From assembly GCA_007117035.1 (NCBI GenBank), contig SKHG01000018.1:1-60179 (forward strand): a stretch of 60,179 nt of DNA, written 5' to 3'. The stretch comes from Candidatus Campbellbacteria bacterium (GTDB taxonomy: Bacteria; Patescibacteriota; Minisyncoccia; Phycocordibacterales; CSBR16-193). The translations under genes were made by a program, and so were the position numbers. Positions 57,488 through 60,179 of the stretch are shown here, piece after piece; positions within the stretch are counted from its first letter, which is position 1, and the number at the start of each line of letters is the position of its first letter. The notes under the pieces are model-generated. The model did no database searches. It worked only from the letters and a program-made list of their open reading frames with translations, and was not told the DNA's origin.

Positions 57488-58666
57488 ATGAGCAGAAATA
57501 TAATCACAGGAATAGATATAGGCACACATCAAATAAAAGTATTGATAATTGAACGTGCTCAGTTAAACAACAGTTTTATTCCAAAAATTTTAGGAGCAGG
57601 TACCGCAGAGTCTAAAGGTTTAAGACATGGGTATATAGTAAACAAAGATGACGCTAAAAAAAATATTCAGGAAGCAATATCTATGGCCGAAAGGTTGGCT
57701 GGTGTTTCAGTAAAAAATGCTTTTGTTTCTGTTGGAGGAGTAGGACTCTCATCAACAAACTCTAAAGGCAAAGTTTCAGTTACTAGAGCTGATATGGAAG
57801 TCACTGAGACTGACATAAAAAATGTAAGCGATGTTGCTGAAATAGATATCCCTACATCAATAACCCTAAACCGAAAAATAATTCACAGTGTTCCTGTTGA
57901 ATATAAACTTGATGGACAGGTTGTTTTAGGAAACCCTGTTGGACTAAAAGGCGCAAGTCTTGAGGTTAAGATGCTTTTCATAACATCCTTAGAACACCAC
58001 CTAACTGATCTTATGGATGTTATTGAATCTCTAAACATCCAGATTGAAGATGTGATTGCTTCACCGATTGCTTCGAGCTTTGTTTCGCTTTCCAAAACAC
58101 AAAAGATTGCTGGTTGTGTATTGGTCAATATAGGATCCGAGACTGTTTCGGCCGTGGTTTTTGAAAACAATTTACCAATTTCTTTAGAGATCTTCCCTGT
58201 TGGTGGTTCAGACATTACCAACGACATTGCTCTTGGCTTCAAACTAACCCTAGAAGAAGCAGAGCAGGTTAAGCTGGGAGGAATTACTCCTAACGATCTT
58301 TCATCTAAAAAACTAGACGAGGTTATAAATTACAGGTTATCTGAAATTTTTAAACTTATTAACAACCACCTCAAAAAAATTAATAGACAAGAACTACTAC
58401 CAGCTGGTGTAGTAATCACTGGTGGAGGTTCTGCTTCAAAAAATATTTTAGATTTGGCTAAAAAAAATACGAACCTCCCCTCTTCAATAGCTCAACTTAA
58501 CCGATCCTCAAAATCTCACCACCTCAAAGACTCTTCCTGGTCAGTTGCGTACGGTCTCTGTATAATTGGTATGACAGAAGGAGGAAACAAAAAAAACAAA
58601 ACAAGTGAAATATTTCGTAGAAACTGGAAACCTGTATCAATCTGGATTAAACAGTTCTTACCGTAG
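57488..58666 (+). CDS. ftsA: Cell division protein FtsA
   Basis: GIDIGTHQI, SKGLRHGYIVN, VNIGSET, GGSDITNDI, VITGGGS. Confidence 0.93.
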   Translation: MSRNIITGIDIGTHQIKVLIIERAQLNNSFIPKILGAGTAESKGLRHGYIVNKDDAKKNIQEAISMAERLAGVSVKNAFVSVGGVGLSSTNSKGKVSVTRADMEVTETDIKNVSDVAEIDIPTSITLNRKIIHSVPVEYKLDGQVVLGNPVGLKGASLEVKMLFITSLEHHLTDLMDVIESLNIQIEDVIASPIASSFVSLSKTQKIAGCVLVNIGSETVSAVVFENNLPISLEIFPVGGSDITNDIALGFKLTLEEAEQVKLGGITPNDLSSKKLDEVINYRLSEIFKLINNHLKKINRQELLPAGVVITGGGSASKNILDLAKKNTNLPSSIAQLNRSSKSHHLKDSSWSVAYGLCIIGMTEGGNKKNKTSEIFRRNWKPVSIWIKQFLP

Positions 58667-58737
58667 TTTGAAGTCCAGTTTTGATTTTGTCTTCTTTTTT
58701 GTTACTATGTTAATGTAATATAATTATTAAAATCAAT

Positions 58738-59913
58738 ATGCCACATATAAAACCAGAAGTTGAAGCTTTCGCAAGAATAAAAGTGTTCGGAGTTGGAGGT
58801 TCCGGAAAAAATGCCGTCAACCACATGGTTGACTCAAAAGTTAAAGGTGTTGATTTTGTAGCGGTAAATACCGATGCTCAAGACCTTCACCACACAAACA
58901 CCAAGAAAAAGATTCATATTGGTAAAAACCTGACCCGAGGACTAGGAACAGGAATGAACCCAGAACTTGGGAAAAAAGCTGTTGAAGAAAACAAAGAAGA
59001 GATTCAAGAAGCAATTAAGGGAGCCGACATGATATTTATCGCAGGTGGAATGGGTGGAGGAACCTGTACTGGTGCTTCCCCACTTATCGCCCGAATGGCT
59101 AAGGAGCTTGGTGTCCTGACAGTAGCAGTTATAACCAAACCTTTTTCTTTTGAAGGTGTGCAAAGAATGCGTTACGCTGAGCAAGGTTTAGAGGAACTGA
59201 AAGCAGCTGTTGACGCTATTATTACTATTCCCAACGATCAGCTTTTCCAAACAATCAGTAAAGAGACAACAGCAAACAATGCTTTTGCAATGTGTGACGA
59301 TATCCTAAAACAAGCAGTTGAGGGAATTTCCGACCTTATCACAAATCCAGGAATCATTAACACAGACTTCGCTGACATTAGATCTATAATGGATAATGCA
59401 GGAACAGCCTTAATGGGAATTGGTAAGGCTAGTGGAGAAAAACGAGCCTCTGAGGCCGCTAATATTGCTATTAATTCCCCACTCCTAGAACTTTCTATTG
59501 ACGGTGCTCAAGGTGTCTTGTTCTCAATCGCAGGTGGAGATGATCTAACTATGTTCGAGATAAAAGAAGCAGCCGACACTATCACCAACTCAGTTGATCC
59601 AAACGCGAAAATAATTTTTGGAACCGTAAAAGATGACAAACTTCGAAAAGGTGAAATCAAGATTACAGTTATTGCTTCAGGCTTCACAGAGGATGCTGTT
59701 CGCAAAAGTCGAAAAAACAAGGCAATGACAGAAATTTCTGAAAATCCTGTAGATAAGAAAAACGAGATACAAAACAAAGCTACCGAAGAAAAGAAGTTAA
59801 GTTTGGACAATAAAACAAAAACTAATCTTATCGATATTGACTCACCAGAGGATGATGACGATTCAGACTGGAGCGCAGTTCCAAGTTTCCTAAGAAGATC
59901 AAAACTTAAGTAA
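58738..59913 (+). CDS. ftsZ: Cell division protein FtsZ
   Basis: GVGGSG, NTDAQDL, GGMGGGT tubulin signature, NTDFADI, C-terminal VPSFLRR. Confidence 0.98.
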   Translation: MPHIKPEVEAFARIKVFGVGGSGKNAVNHMVDSKVKGVDFVAVNTDAQDLHHTNTKKKIHIGKNLTRGLGTGMNPELGKKAVEENKEEIQEAIKGADMIFIAGGMGGGTCTGASPLIARMAKELGVLTVAVITKPFSFEGVQRMRYAEQGLEELKAAVDAIITIPNDQLFQTISKETTANNAFAMCDDILKQAVEGISDLITNPGIINTDFADIRSIMDNAGTALMGIGKASGEKRASEAANIAINSPLLELSIDGAQGVLFSIAGGDDLTMFEIKEAADTITNSVDPNAKIIFGTVKDDKLRKGEIKITVIASGFTEDAVRKSRKNKAMTEISENPVDKKNEIQNKATEEKKLSLDNKTKTNLIDIDSPEDDDDSDWSAVPSFLRRSKLK

Positions 59914-59964
59914 TAATTACTCAGATAACTAAATCAGCAGTTTTTACTGTGGCCTATTAAATTT

Positions 59965-60179
59965 ATGGATAAAACATACGACCTTGTAATAGTCGGCGGA
60001 GGACCAGCCGGAACTGGAGCCGGAGTCTACGCAGCACGTAAGAAATTAAAAACAGCTCTAATAACTAAAGACTGGGGTGGACAGAGTACAGTCTCACAAG
60101 ATATTCAAAACTGGATAGGAACTATTTCAATATCAGGTGACACATTTGCTAAAAATTTAAAAGAGCATGTTAAGGCTTA
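59965..60179 (+). CDS. FAD-dependent pyridine nucleotide-disulfide oxidoreductase (TrxB/AhpF-like), partial; absent from ORF track
   Basis: Manual translation MDKTYDLVIVGGGPAGTGAGVYAARKKLKTALITKDWGGQ..., open to the window edge. Confidence 0.88.
   Translation, partial: MDKTYDLVIVGGGPAGTGAGVYAARKKLKTALITKDWGGQSTVSQDIQNWIGTISISGDTFAKNLKEHVKA

Noticed and set aside
27-59810. Numerous antisense or alternate-frame ORFs in the track (e.g. 27-290, 4884-5333, 32649-33224, 49273-49770, 57883-58242)
   Set aside because: They shadow well-supported genes on the opposite strand or another frame and show no family motifs
1-60179. CRISPR array, IS/transposase, prophage, DGR, introns/inteins, alternative genetic code
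   Set aside because: No regular repeat-spacer array, no transposase/integrase/RT/phage structural ORFs; core genes are uninterrupted and of normal length; TGA acts as a stop

Overview
A 60 kb chromosomal segment of a low-GC bacterium with compact genes, most likely Patescibacteria/CPR (Parcubacteria-like). This placement is inferred from the archaeal-type UMP kinase, the rpsP-khpA-trmD cluster without rimM, a Lys-rich RpoD N-tail, a VirB2-like pilin array and a dead HisRS paralog. It uses standard code 11 (TGA is a stop, e.g. umuC). Core genes: rpoB-rpoC-dnaG-rpoD, gyrA, hisS, rpsA, rpsP, rpsU, trmD, truB, rnr, ybeY, pth, lepB, ftsA, ftsZ, ddl, uvrC, nfo, a UvrD-nuclease fusion and two tRNA-Ala genes. 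Accessory content: a complete but permuted, probably Na+-coupled V/A-type ATPase (ABD | pyrH | H-I-K-E-C-F); a lexA/umuD-hybrid + umuC SOS cassette; a methyltransferase-SBP-6x pilin operon; and about seven stand-alone orphan genes. The orphans share a distinctive expression architecture: near-consensus sigma70 promoter, boxA-like motif, A-rich enhancer, SD (perfect AGGAG(G) in five) and usually their own terminator, whereas many housekeeping genes look leaderless. Two orphans carry a near-identical 77-bp promoter/leader module. I saw no CRISPR array, integrase, transposase or rRNA gene. All protein assignments come from motif recognition by eye; no database searches were run.
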